From: Psychroflexus sp.
GTDB taxonomy: Bacteria > Bacteroidota > Bacteroidia > Flavobacteriales > Flavobacteriaceae
Reading direction: 5' to 3'
NCBI GenBank assembly: GCA_003565575.1
Contig: PXBV01000310.1
Location: 1 to 35,795 of the forward strand
DNA: 35,795 nucleotides
How positions within the stretch are numbered: the stretch's first letter is position 1; each line of letters starts with the position of its first letter. Of the stretch, positions 1-8,962 are shown one piece after another. The notes under the pieces were generated by a model. It did not search any database. It was not told the origin of the DNA and saw only the letters and a program-made list of their open reading frames with translations. Made by a program: the position numbers and the translations under genes.

Positions 1-470
1 AACCCCATTTCCTTTACACTATGATGTACCTTATGAAATTTCCATAACCAGTCTTGTTTATGTAATTGAACATGAACATTCCATTGTATAAAGTCCGCAA
101 TTATAAACATGATTAAAAATTGAGACCAAATTGGGAAATTTTGAATTTGAAAAGCAATAAGGTTTTCTACACCTATAAGTGCTAAGCCGTCATTAAAAAG
201 TTCCACAAACACATTAGAAATAGCATTGTAGCCAATAAGAGAAAATAAAAAGAAATTGAATATAACATAAAAAGCATCCAACCAAAATCCTTTTCTTAAA
301 ATCTTTTGGTCTTTACGCCATGGAATTAAAATTTCCACAAAAAGCACCAAAAACGAAAGCCCTATCAACCACCAAAAATAATTGGTTAACGAAGGGTTTT
401 GAATTTCATCTAAGAGGTATTTATAATAACCTGAGAACGAATTTAAAAATATGTCTATGTATTTTTCCAT
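1..470 (-). CDS. Sterol desaturase / fatty acid hydroxylase superfamily protein (3' end truncated by window edge)
   Basis: Not in the ORF track. Manual translation from ATG at 470 gives MEKYIDIFLNSFSGYY...PWRKDQKILRKGFWLD...ADFIQWNVHVQLHK..WLWKFHKVHHSVKEMG, with HxxxH and HxxHH histidine boxes and hydrophobic segments. Confidence 0.9.
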   Translation of the reverse strand, partial: MEKYIDIFLNSFSGYYKYLLDEIQNPSLTNYFWWLIGLSFLVLFVEILIPWRKDQKILRKGFWLDAFYVIFNFFLFSLIGYNAISNVFVELFNDGLALIGVENLIAFQIQNFPIWSQFLIMFIIADFIQWNVHVQLHKQDWLWKFHKVHHSVKEMG

Positions 471-509
471 AATGTATCACAAAAATAAAATCTATCCTCG
501 AGTTGTTTT

Positions 510-525
510 GTATCATAAATCACAA
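510..525 (-). promoter_or_regulatory. Variant Crp/Fnr-type box (TTGTGATTTATGATAC on the minus strand) upstream of the desaturase
   Basis: Lies 22 bp from a TATTTTTG -7 element (480-487), the same register as the hemN and cco boxes. Confidence 0.4.
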
Positions 526-600
526 TAGTCTCTAAAAGTTTAGAGAAAATTAAAATCAAATTTGTTATTTATATTTTATATTAATTTTAAAAGAACTAAA

Positions 601-1359
601 ATGAATTTTAAAGATAAAACTATACTCATCTCAGGAGCCTCAAGAGGAATAGGAAAAGCCGCAGCAATAGCTTTTGCAAGTAAAGGAGCTAAAGTTGGTA
701 TTAATTATAGAACTCAGACCATAGAAGCAAAAAAGACACTGAAAGAACTTCAAGGAAGTGGTCATCAGCTTTTCAAAAGAGATATTTCTAAAAAAGATGA
801 AGCTAAGGCATTGATAACTGATTTTCTTCAGCATTATGGAAAAATAGACATTTTAGTGAATAATGCTGGAATTGCTATACCTCATAAAATTGAAGACGTT
901 AGTTTTGATGCTTGGAGTTCTGCCTGGGAGACGACCCTTCAAACCAACCTTTTAGCAGCGGCAAATTTATCATTTTTAGCATCACAAGCTATGATTAACT
1001 CTGGCGGTGGTCACATCGTGAATGTATCTTCTAGGGGGGCTTTTAGAGGTGAGCCAGACCAACCAGCCTACGGGGCTAGTAAGGCTGGACTTAACGCAAT
1101 GAGTCAATCTTTAGCTAAAAAATTAGCACCGTTTAAAATTTACGTAGGTGTAGTAGCTCCAGGGTTTACTGAAACTGATATGGCAACCGAAACCCTTAGT
1201 ACCTCAGAACAACAAAAAATGCTCAAAGAATTGCCTTTAAGGCGTATGGCTAAGCCGGAGGAAGTTGCACATGCTATTCTATTTCTTGCCTCAGATGAAG
1301 CAGCTTATTCTACGGGAGCTATTATAGATGTGAATGGTGCTAGTTACCTGAGAAGCTAA
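601..1359 (+). CDS. Classical SDR oxidoreductase (FabG-like)
   Basis: SGASRGIG, NNAG and YGASK motifs. ATG at 601 preferred over the upstream TTG at 562. Confidence 0.9.
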   Translation: MNFKDKTILISGASRGIGKAAAIAFASKGAKVGINYRTQTIEAKKTLKELQGSGHQLFKRDISKKDEAKALITDFLQHYGKIDILVNNAGIAIPHKIEDVSFDAWSSAWETTLQTNLLAAANLSFLASQAMINSGGGHIVNVSSRGAFRGEPDQPAYGASKAGLNAMSQSLAKKLAPFKIYVGVVAPGFTETDMATETLSTSEQQKMLKELPLRRMAKPEEVAHAILFLASDEAAYSTGAIIDVNGASYLRS

Positions 1360-1362
1360 ACT

Positions 1363-1806
1363 TTAAAATTTACAGAAAAAACGACCTGTTTTGGATTTGT
1401 ATATTTTGTAAGCTGCAAACTTTTTCTCAAGCATAGTTTCCTCATAATTAGATTTAAAATAAAACAAAATAAAAGTTAATACACTTATACACAACTTATA
1501 ACCGTCACCAAGCCAAAAAGAAAAACTGAACATAAAAATGATTATACCCGTGTATATAGGGTGTCGACTTAGTTTGAAAATACCACTGGTAATGAGTTTG
1601 GCATCTGGTTTGGGTGTAGGAAATGGAGACAAGTGAATATTCATCTGCAGTATTGCTAGAATAGAAATCAATAAACCTAGAAGACCAAAATAAAACCAAA
1701 CATGATACTCTATAAAGTTGATTGAAAACCATGAGACATCTAAGAAAAAAACAAGCATCAAGAAAAATTGAATCGAAACAAATAGAACATCTTTCGTTTT
1801 TGGCAT
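1363..1806 (-). CDS. Isoprenylcysteine carboxyl methyltransferase (ICMT/PEMT) family membrane protein
   Basis: LITSGIFKLSRHPIYTG and EETMLEKKF..Y..Y...TGRF motifs, several TM helices. Confidence 0.88.
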   Translation of the reverse strand: MPKTKDVLFVSIQFFLMLVFFLDVSWFSINFIEYHVWFYFGLLGLLISILAILQMNIHLSPFPTPKPDAKLITSGIFKLSRHPIYTGIIIFMFSFSFWLGDGYKLCISVLTFILFYFKSNYEETMLEKKFAAYKIYKSKTGRFFCKF

Positions 1807-1867
1807 TTATTTTAATTTTTAATAAATATATCAAATCGTTTAAGAATATCTAAATGATTTTATAGGT

Positions 1868-1883
1868 AACTGATTTTTGTCAT
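1868..1883 (+). promoter_or_regulatory. Crp/Fnr-type box AACTGATTTTTGTCAT upstream of hemN
   Basis: TGA-N6-TCA core, 22 bp upstream of the -7 element TATTTTTG (1906-1913). Recurs at three other promoters. Confidence 0.7.
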
Positions 1884-1930
1884 TTTAAAAAATGGAGTAG
1901 CCTAGTATTTTTGAATAAAATGCAATAACC

Positions 1931-3274
1931 ATGCGGGAATTAATTCAAAAATACAACGTTCCAGGCCCAAGGTACACAAGCTATCCTACTGTTCCATTTT
2001 GGGATGACTCCACTTACAATGAAGCTTTATGGATAAAAAGTTTACAAAAAGACAATAGCTCCAGGGAAATTAGTTTATACATTCATCTACCATTTTGTGA
2101 AAGTTTATGTACGTTTTGCGCATGTAATAAGCGGATTACCAAGCGGCATGAAGTTGAAATACCTTACATTGAAGCTTTATTAAAAGAGTGGGATATGTAT
2201 CTCAAGATTCTTCAACATCGTCCTGTGTTAAAAGAAATTCACCTAGGCGGAGGAACCCCTACTTTTTTTGACCCTAAGCATTTAACGTATCTTCTAGAAA
2301 CAATTAAGCACTCATGCGACGTTCCAGAGGATGTAAGTTATAGTTTTGAAGGGCATCCCAATAACACAACTATAAATCACCTTCAAACCCTTTACAAACT
2401 TGGTTTTAACCGAGTAAGTTATGGCATACAAGATTACAACCCGAAGGTGCAAATTGCCATTCACAGAATACAATCTTTTGAAACTGTAAAGAAAATAACT
2501 GAAGCATCTAGAAGAATAGGATACACCTCCGTTAGCCATGATTTAATTTATGGTCTACCTATGCAGACCCTAGAAGATGTTATCTCCACTATTCACAGAA
2601 CTACAGAATTGATGCCAGATCGGATTGCTTTCTATAGTTATGCACACGTACCTTGGACCAAAGGTAACGGGCAGCGCGGTTATGATGAAAAAGACTTACC
2701 CTCAGCAGAATTGAAGCGCCAACAATACGAAGTTGGCAAACAAATGCTGGAGGAACACGGATACATAGAAATTGGTATGGATCATTTTGCATTACCAGAT
2801 GATGAACTAGCCAAAGCTTATAAAAGAAAATCACTTCACAGAAACTTTATGGGTTATACCACGACCAAAACAGATAAAATGATTGGTTTAGGGGTATCAG
2901 CCATCAGCGACAGTTGGTTTGGGTTTTCTCAAAATGAAAAAAATCTTAACAACTACTACTCTGACCTATCCAAAGATCAACTACCTGTTTCTAGAGGTCA
3001 TATTTTAGATGAAAATGACTTGATAATAAGACGAAAAATATTAGATTTAATGTGTCATTTTGAAACAACACTAGATCTGCTAGAACTGGATACTCAATTT
3101 GACATAAAAAACGACTTGACTGAATTTGAGGCTGATAACTTGTTAGAGATTCAAAATAATACTGTACAAGTAAAGCCTGCCGGTAAAGCTTTTATTAGAA
3201 ATATTTGCATGGCTTTCGACTTAAGATTGAAAGCAAAGCAAACTGAATCACAGCTATTTTCAATGACCATTTAA
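1931..3274 (+). CDS. hemN: Oxygen-independent coproporphyrinogen III oxidase (radical SAM)
   Basis: GPRYTSYPT, LYIHLPFCESLCTFCAC (CxxxCxxC), GGGTPT, IGMDHFA, RNFMGY, C-terminal FSMTI. Confidence 0.96.
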   Translation: MRELIQKYNVPGPRYTSYPTVPFWDDSTYNEALWIKSLQKDNSSREISLYIHLPFCESLCTFCACNKRITKRHEVEIPYIEALLKEWDMYLKILQHRPVLKEIHLGGGTPTFFDPKHLTYLLETIKHSCDVPEDVSYSFEGHPNNTTINHLQTLYKLGFNRVSYGIQDYNPKVQIAIHRIQSFETVKKITEASRRIGYTSVSHDLIYGLPMQTLEDVISTIHRTTELMPDRIAFYSYAHVPWTKGNGQRGYDEKDLPSAELKRQQYEVGKQMLEEHGYIEIGMDHFALPDDELAKAYKRKSLHRNFMGYTTTKTDKMIGLGVSAISDSWFGFSQNEKNLNNYYSDLSKDQLPVSRGHILDENDLIIRRKILDLMCHFETTLDLLELDTQFDIKNDLTEFEADNLLEIQNNTVQVKPAGKAFIRNICMAFDLRLKAKQTESQLFSMTI

Positions 3275-3285
3275 ACTCTTTAATC

Positions 3286-4119
3286 ATGAAAAAAATACTC
3301 GTACCCGTAGATTTCTCAAATACATCTGAAAATGCACTAAAAGTTGCTGTTCAACTCGCCAAGAAAAATGGCTCAGAACTTCAAATACTGCATGTCATTG
3401 AGCTGGCAGAATCCCTTTTTGGCGCAGAGCAATTCAATGTTAATGATGAGCAAATTATCTTTTTTATGAAAATGGCTGAAAAGCGATTCACTAAATTTCT
3501 AGAAAAAGAGTATTTAGAAGATTTGGATTTAAAAAAACATGTTGAACCTGGCTCTGCTGCATTAGCTATAAAAGAAACAGTTGCAGCCAATGAAATAGAC
3601 ATCATTGTAATGGGATCTAACGGGGCTACTGGCTTAGAGGAAATAGTTATTGGGTCTAATACTGAAAAGGTTGTAAGGTACTCTGATGTACCCGTACTTG
3701 TCGTCAAAAACGAAATTAAAAACATTAGCATTAGCAAGGCTGTTTTCGCATCAAATTTTGAGCTTAGTAATTTAGAAGCCTATAAAAAAGCAAAGAAATT
3801 CACAGATGGTTTTAACGCATCTATACACTTACTGTATGTAAATCTACCAGGCAATCAATTTAGTAGTACACCAGAAATACATGAGCAAATGCGTGTTTTT
3901 TTGAATAAAGTTGAAATGCCTTTAAGCAAAGACCATATAGAAATTTTCAACGATTATACCATTCAAGATGGAATCATTAATGGGTCTGAAAAGCTAAACG
4001 CAGATTTAATCATCGTCCCAACACACGGTAGAAAAGGGATTTCTCATTTCTTCAACGGTAGTATTGGAGAAGATGTAGTTAATCATTCAGTGTTGCCTGT
4101 ATTGACGTTGAAGATTTAA
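3286..4119 (+). CDS. Tandem-domain universal stress protein
   Basis: ILVPVDFS, IVMGSNG..G...IGSNTEKVV...PVLVV and a second Usp domain (THGRKG...GSIGEDVV). Starts 11 bp after hemN. Confidence 0.93.
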   Translation: MKKILVPVDFSNTSENALKVAVQLAKKNGSELQILHVIELAESLFGAEQFNVNDEQIIFFMKMAEKRFTKFLEKEYLEDLDLKKHVEPGSAALAIKETVAANEIDIIVMGSNGATGLEEIVIGSNTEKVVRYSDVPVLVVKNEIKNISISKAVFASNFELSNLEAYKKAKKFTDGFNASIHLLYVNLPGNQFSSTPEIHEQMRVFLNKVEMPLSKDHIEIFNDYTIQDGIINGSEKLNADLIIVPTHGRKGISHFFNGSIGEDVVNHSVLPVLTLKI

Positions 4120-4128
4120 AAAAATTCC

Positions 4129-4156
4129 AACAGCTTAATTTTAGGTGTTTTTTTTA
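4129..4156 (+). terminator. Possible weak intrinsic terminator after hemN-usp
   Basis: Imperfect stem AACAGCTTAA/TTAGGTGTT followed by a T run. Confidence 0.35.
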
Positions 4157-4199
4157 TGTAAATTTATCTTAAATCTACAAAATTTAACCTGTTCGTTAG

Positions 4200-5249
4200 A
4201 TGCAAAACTTACATAAATTAGCTTTCATTTGTCTCTTAGCCATTTCATGTACAAGTGATGAAATAAATACGGATGAGACAAATGAACGTGAGACTCCCAT
4301 TTTACCAATAACGGAAGATTCCACATTCCGAATAGAAAACTCTATCCTCCTTAAAAACGAATCTGAAGTTAGCTATAAGGGAGTAAACGCTCTTCAAACA
4401 TTTGGACTTGTAGATCCAGATCAGATGAATGCCTGGAATATTCAAATTGTAAGAGAGTTTATTGGAAATTTGGGAGAACAACCCTTGGAAGGTACTGCAA
4501 TACAAGGTAGTGATGGGGTATGGTATCATCCATTACAAGCAATCGTAAACAGAAACAGAGCGCATAACAGAATCACCATTCTTTGTCCGTTCGGTTGGGT
4601 TTATCCTGATGGTAACCAACTATTATTAACAGGTTTAAATCCCTCTCAGCAAGATTTCTATAACTCTTATGCGTCTAAGATGCAACAAATAGCTGAACAT
4701 TTCAAAAACCAACCTGATGTATGGATTGAAGTTTGGAATGAACCCTATCACTGGAACAATCAAAACGACTACAGTCATGACCTTTGGCTTTCAGATATGA
4801 AACAAATGGTAGATAACCTCAGAGCAATAGTGGGGTTTCATAATATTATTCTAGTACCAGGCAATGAGCAAGGGCAATCCGAAGAGGTAATACATGAAAA
4901 GGGGGATGAATTACTCAATCAACGCTATAATTTACTTTTTGATATTCATGCCTATGAAAAGTGGTTGGTAAACTCCTCTAAAAATCAAATCAAAGCGCGT
5001 ATCCAAAAATTAAATGAGAATGGGTTTTGTATAATCTTTGGAGAAGTTGGGGTCCAGAATGTTGACAATGTAATGCCTGTCAAGTATTTTCTTGAAGCTT
5101 TAGAAGATACTAAAACTTCCATTTTGGCTTGGCTTTGGTCTAAAAATTCAAATTACAACAACTCTTTGATGGATGATAAAGGACATCCAAACTCACATGA
5201 AAACAACAACTTCTGGGGTGAAACTTTTAAAGATTTTCTTGGTAAATAA
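4200..5249 (+). CDS. Glycoside hydrolase family 5 (cellulase family) lipoprotein
   Basis: Lipobox LAISC, acid/base motif WNEP, DIHAY, nucleophile FGEVG, AWLW. Confidence 0.8.
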   Translation: MQNLHKLAFICLLAISCTSDEINTDETNERETPILPITEDSTFRIENSILLKNESEVSYKGVNALQTFGLVDPDQMNAWNIQIVREFIGNLGEQPLEGTAIQGSDGVWYHPLQAIVNRNRAHNRITILCPFGWVYPDGNQLLLTGLNPSQQDFYNSYASKMQQIAEHFKNQPDVWIEVWNEPYHWNNQNDYSHDLWLSDMKQMVDNLRAIVGFHNIILVPGNEQGQSEEVIHEKGDELLNQRYNLLFDIHAYEKWLVNSSKNQIKARIQKLNENGFCIIFGEVGVQNVDNVMPVKYFLEALEDTKTSILAWLWSKNSNYNNSLMDDKGHPNSHENNNFWGETFKDFLGK

Positions 5250-5329
5250 TAACGAAAAGGTCTTAACAGCTAACGTCTAAATTTCTAAACTATATTTCGC
5301 ATTAAATAGAGATTTCATTAGAAGAAACT

Positions 5330-5635
5330 TTAGTTAGCATTAGTTTTAATCACATTTACAATATCGTCTTTCTGCAAGACACCCCTCTGCCTCCATTTTT
5401 GCTCTCCATCTTTAAAGACAATCATCGTTGGCACACCTCTCACTTGATATTTGGCTGCCAATTGTTGATTTTTATCTACATCAATTTTTATGATTTTGAC
5501 CGCATCGCCAAGTTCTGCCTTCACTTCTTCCAAGATAGGTGAAAGCATTTTACAAGGCCCGCACCAGTCTGCAAAAAAATCAATTAATACGGGCGTTTCA
5601 CTTTGAATAATCTCATTAAACTTTTGACTCATCAT
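5330..5635 (-). CDS. trxA: Thioredoxin
   Basis: WCGPC active site, cis-Pro in GVPT, about 100 aa. Confidence 0.95.
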   Translation of the reverse strand: MMSQKFNEIIQSETPVLIDFFADWCGPCKMLSPILEEVKAELGDAVKIIKIDVDKNQQLAAKYQVRGVPTMIVFKDGEQKWRQRGVLQKDDIVNVIKTNAN

Positions 5636-5677
5636 TCTATTATTTTAAAAATTAGTCACTCTAAATTATAAATTTCT

Positions 5678-6958
5678 TTAAGACCTAAACCTCTCAAAAG
5701 CAGCTTTCTCTAACATCTCACGATAATCTGGATGAGCAATTGAAATCAAAGCTTCTGCGCGTTGTTTTAAATTTTTACCATAAAGGTTTACAACGCCAAA
5801 TTCTGTAACAATATAATGTACATGAGCTCTTGTAGTTGTGACGCCAGCTCCTTCATTAAGAAATGGAGTGATTTTTGAAATTCCTTTAGTTGTAATTGAC
5901 GGCATGGCTATGATGGCTTTTCCACCATCAGACAAAGATGCACCTCGTATAAAGTCCATCTGTCCGCCAACTCCTGAAAATTGCCTTTTACCAATAGTAT
6001 CTGCACACACTTGACCTGTAATATCAATCTCTATAGCTGAATTGATAGCTGTTACTTTTGGGTTACGTCTTATAATAGCTGTATCATTAGTATAAGCCGC
6101 TTCCTTCATATGCACCAAGGGGTTATCATCCATAAAATCATATAGTTTCTGAGAACCAACTGCAAAACAAGTTACAATTTTACCTGTTTTCACTTCTTTT
6201 TGACTTCCATTGATGACACCAGCTTCTACAAGTGGCAAAATACCGTCCGAAAACATTTCTGTATGAATTCCCAGGTTCTTGTGACTAGTAAGGTTTTTAA
6301 GAGCAGCATTAGGAATTCCACCTATACCCATTTGTAGAGTTGCGCCATCTTCAACCAAGCTAGCCACGTTTGCACCAATTTTACTTTCTAATTCTGAGAC
6401 TGGTGCAGGTTCATGTCCAAAAATCGGCTCGTCTACCTCTACGGCAAAGTCCAATTCACTCACATGTATAATTCCATCACCATGAGTTCTTGGAACCTTA
6501 GGATTAATTTGAGCAATCACTAACCTTGCTGTTTGAATCGCAGGAATAGTAATATCTACAGAAACACCCAAAGAACAATAACCATGTTTATCTGGAGGAG
6601 ACACTTGTATCAGCGCAACATCCAAAGGCAAAATGGAACGTCTAAATAATCTATGAATTTCACTTAGAAAGATAGGAATATAATCTCCATTTCCATTTTT
6701 TAAAGCATTCCTTACATTGCCGCCAACAAAAACACTATTGATTTTGAAAGCATTAGAAAAAGGTTGCTCAGAATAAGGAGCTCTTCCTTCAGTATGCATA
6801 TGTATAATTTCTACATCTTCTAAAGATTCATACCTTGAAACTAGTGTATTTATAAGAACTAACGGGGTCATTGCAGCACCTTGAATGAAAACCCGATCTC
6901 CAGATTTTACTTTTGAAACTGCTTCCTCTTTATTAACGATGTTGAGCTGTTTTACCAT
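5678..6958 (-). CDS. Acetyl-CoA hydrolase/transferase family (4-hydroxybutyrate CoA-transferase-like)
   Basis: TLQMGIGGIP, GIHTEMFSDG (catalytic Glu), SGVGGQMDF, VTEFG, IAHPDYRE. Confidence 0.92.
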   Translation of the reverse strand: MVKQLNIVNKEEAVSKVKSGDRVFIQGAAMTPLVLINTLVSRYESLEDVEIIHMHTEGRAPYSEQPFSNAFKINSVFVGGNVRNALKNGNGDYIPIFLSEIHRLFRRSILPLDVALIQVSPPDKHGYCSLGVSVDITIPAIQTARLVIAQINPKVPRTHGDGIIHVSELDFAVEVDEPIFGHEPAPVSELESKIGANVASLVEDGATLQMGIGGIPNAALKNLTSHKNLGIHTEMFSDGILPLVEAGVINGSQKEVKTGKIVTCFAVGSQKLYDFMDDNPLVHMKEAAYTNDTAIIRRNPKVTAINSAIEIDITGQVCADTIGKRQFSGVGGQMDFIRGASLSDGGKAIIAMPSITTKGISKITPFLNEGAGVTTTRAHVHYIVTEFGVVNLYGKNLKQRAEALISIAHPDYREMLEKAAFERFRS

Positions 6959-7030
6959 TTATTTTGACTTTTTAAACTACAAAATTAAAACTCAACATTT
7001 AGATAAGCATGTATTTCAACAAAGATTTGT

Positions 7031-7046
7031 ATGACTAGAATCAGTT
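7031..7046 (-). promoter_or_regulatory. Crp/Fnr-type box (AACTGATTCTAGTCAT on the minus strand) upstream of CoA-transferase-trxA
   Basis: 14/16 identical to the hemN box, 43 bp from the -7 element TAATTTTG (6980-6987). Confidence 0.6.
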
Positions 7047-7077
7047 TAGTTTGAAATAAAAGTATAACTAAAAACGT

Positions 7078-7515
7078 CTATTTAGCCTGAAGTTGATTCC
7101 AAGCCCAAATTTGAGCATCTTTATAAGTTGAGAATACTTTATAGGGAACAGGTTGCTTTTGCATAGATAAAATCATTTTCAAAACCCATTGAATAGTTTT
7201 GTTTGGAATCACATAAGCTGTTCCTTTACAATAGGTTTTTATCAAATCTGTATTTTCCTTAAGCCATTGAGCTTGAAGCTTTTGATGTGAAAAGCCTGGT
7301 ATTACGGCATTACTTGCATCAAAAACTATAGCTAAATTTTGTTTTGCAAAGTAACAATCATCTAGATCTTTTAAATAGGCTTTAAAACTTGAATTGGAAC
7401 TTTTTTGTCCAGTAAAAGTAACGGTTATCAAAGGGAACCCCGTTTGATCTACTGTAGCGTATGATTTAGTTTTCAATTTTTTTGATTCAAAAATAAAATT
7501 TTTATCCAACTTCAA
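7078..7515 (-). CDS. Hypothetical STAS/SEC14 (SpoIIAA-like) domain protein, start uncertain (TTG at 7515 or 7476)
   Basis: FPLITVTFTG...LAIVFD...GTAYVI...PYKVF...DAQIWA pattern resembles small alpha/beta STAS/SEC14-like proteins. Recognised by eye. Confidence 0.6.
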   Translation of the reverse strand: MKLDKNFIFESKKLKTKSYATVDQTGFPLITVTFTGQKSSNSSFKAYLKDLDDCYFAKQNLAIVFDASNAVIPGFSHQKLQAQWLKENTDLIKTYCKGTAYVIPNKTIQWVLKMILSMQKQPVPYKVFSTYKDAQIWAWNQLQAK

Positions 7516-8962
7516 GATTTAAAAATGAATCATTTTTTGAAGGTAAATCTGTACTTCCCATTAAATATTTGTCTACTTCTCTTGCGGCTTCTCTTCCTTC
7601 AGAAATAGCCCAAACAACAAGGGATTGACCTCTTCGAGCATCTCCTGCAGCAAATATAGATTCAACATTAGTAGTATAATTATTAGAGTCTATAATACCA
7701 GTATCTTTTCTTTTTACTCCAAGATGTTCCAGGAGACTACTTTCTGGCTGAGTAAAACCTATAGCAAGCAAGGCAAGTTCACAGGGAATTAGCCTTTCAG
7801 TACCTTCAATCTCTTGCATCTGCTGTCTACCTCCTTGATTGACCCATTCTATGTCAACCAATTTAATATGAGTCAATTCACCTTTCTCGTTACCTATAAA
7901 CTCTTTAGTTAAGGTGCTCCACTTACGCTCACCACCTTCCTCATGAGAAGAGGAAGTTCTTAAGGTCATTGGCCAAAGAGGCCATGGATCGTTTTCTCCT
8001 CTTTTGCTTTGAGGTTTCGGCATTAGCTCAAGTTGTAAAACAGAAGCTGCCCCTTGTCTATGAGAAGTGCCAATACAATCAGAACCAGTGTCACCTCCAC
8101 CAATGACAACTACATTTTTGCCTTCAGCAGAAATTTTATCGTGAAATTTAATTCCAGAAACCTCTTTATTCTGTAGGCTTAAAAAATCCATAGCGTAATG
8201 TATACCTTTCAATTTTCTACCAGGAATAGGCAAGTCTCTAGGAACAGTTGAGCCAGTACAAACCACAATTGAATCAAAGTCCTCTTTTAGAGCTTCAGGA
8301 TTTACAGTTTTCCCAACTTCAGAATTAACTTTAAATCTTACACCTTCTTCATCCATTATATCTATACGTCTGTCTACTACCCATTTTTCTAATTTAAAAT
8401 CTGGAATTCCATACCTAAGTAAACCGCCAATTTTATCATCTCTCTCGTAAACAGTCACCCAATGGCCTGCCTTATTAAGCTGGTCTGCAGCGGCTAGACC
8501 AGCTGGACCAGAACCGATAACAGCAATTTTCTTTCCAGTTCTCTCTACGGGAGGTTGAGCTGAAATTAAGCCTAACTCATGGGCTTTTTCTGCTATTGTT
8601 TTCTCAATATGCTCAATGGCTACAGGGGGTTTATTTATTCCAAGGACACAACTTGCTTCACAAGGTGCTGGACAAATTCTACCGGTAAACTCTGGAAAAT
8701 TATTTGTAGAATACAGTATAGAAACAGCGTCTTCCCAATTTTCATTATGAACTGCCTCGTTAAATTCTGGTATAATATTACCTAGAGGACATCCAGAGTG
8801 ACAAAAAGGCACACCACAGTCCATACATCTTGCGGCTTGTGTTTTTGTCTTTTCTTCTGGAAAAGGTTCATAAATCTCTTTATAATCTGCTATACGTTGT
8901 TTTGGGGGTCTTGAATTTGGTAACTCCCTATCATATTTCAAAAATCCATCATGTTGTCCCAT
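7502..8962 (-). CDS. gltD: Glutamate synthase small subunit
   Basis: RCMDCGVPFCHSGCP Fe-S motif, GSGPAG, GGGDTGSDC, AGDARRGQSLVVWAI. TAATG overlap with gltB. Confidence 0.96.
   Translation of the reverse strand: MGQHDGFLKYDRELPNSRPPKQRIADYKEIYEPFPEEKTKTQAARCMDCGVPFCHSGCPLGNIIPEFNEAVHNENWEDAVSILYSTNNFPEFTGRICPAPCEASCVLGINKPPVAIEHIEKTIAEKAHELGLISAQPPVERTGKKIAVIGSGPAGLAAADQLNKAGHWVTVYERDDKIGGLLRYGIPDFKLEKWVVDRRIDIMDEEGVRFKVNSEVGKTVNPEALKEDFDSIVVCTGSTVPRDLPIPGRKLKGIHYAMDFLSLQNKEVSGIKFHDKISAEGKNVVVIGGGDTGSDCIGTSHRQGAASVLQLELMPKPQSKRGENDPWPLWPMTLRTSSSHEEGGERKWSTLTKEFIGNEKGELTHIKLVDIEWVNQGGRQQMQEIEGTERLIPCELALLAIGFTQPESSLLEHLGVKRKDTGIIDSNNYTTNVESIFAAGDARRGQSLVVWAISEGREAAREVDKYLMGSTDLPSKNDSFLNLEVG

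Noticed and set aside
1505-1834. 109-aa alternative-frame ORF overlapping the methyltransferase
   Set aside because: No recognisable motifs, and the overlapping frame has clear ICMT motifs.
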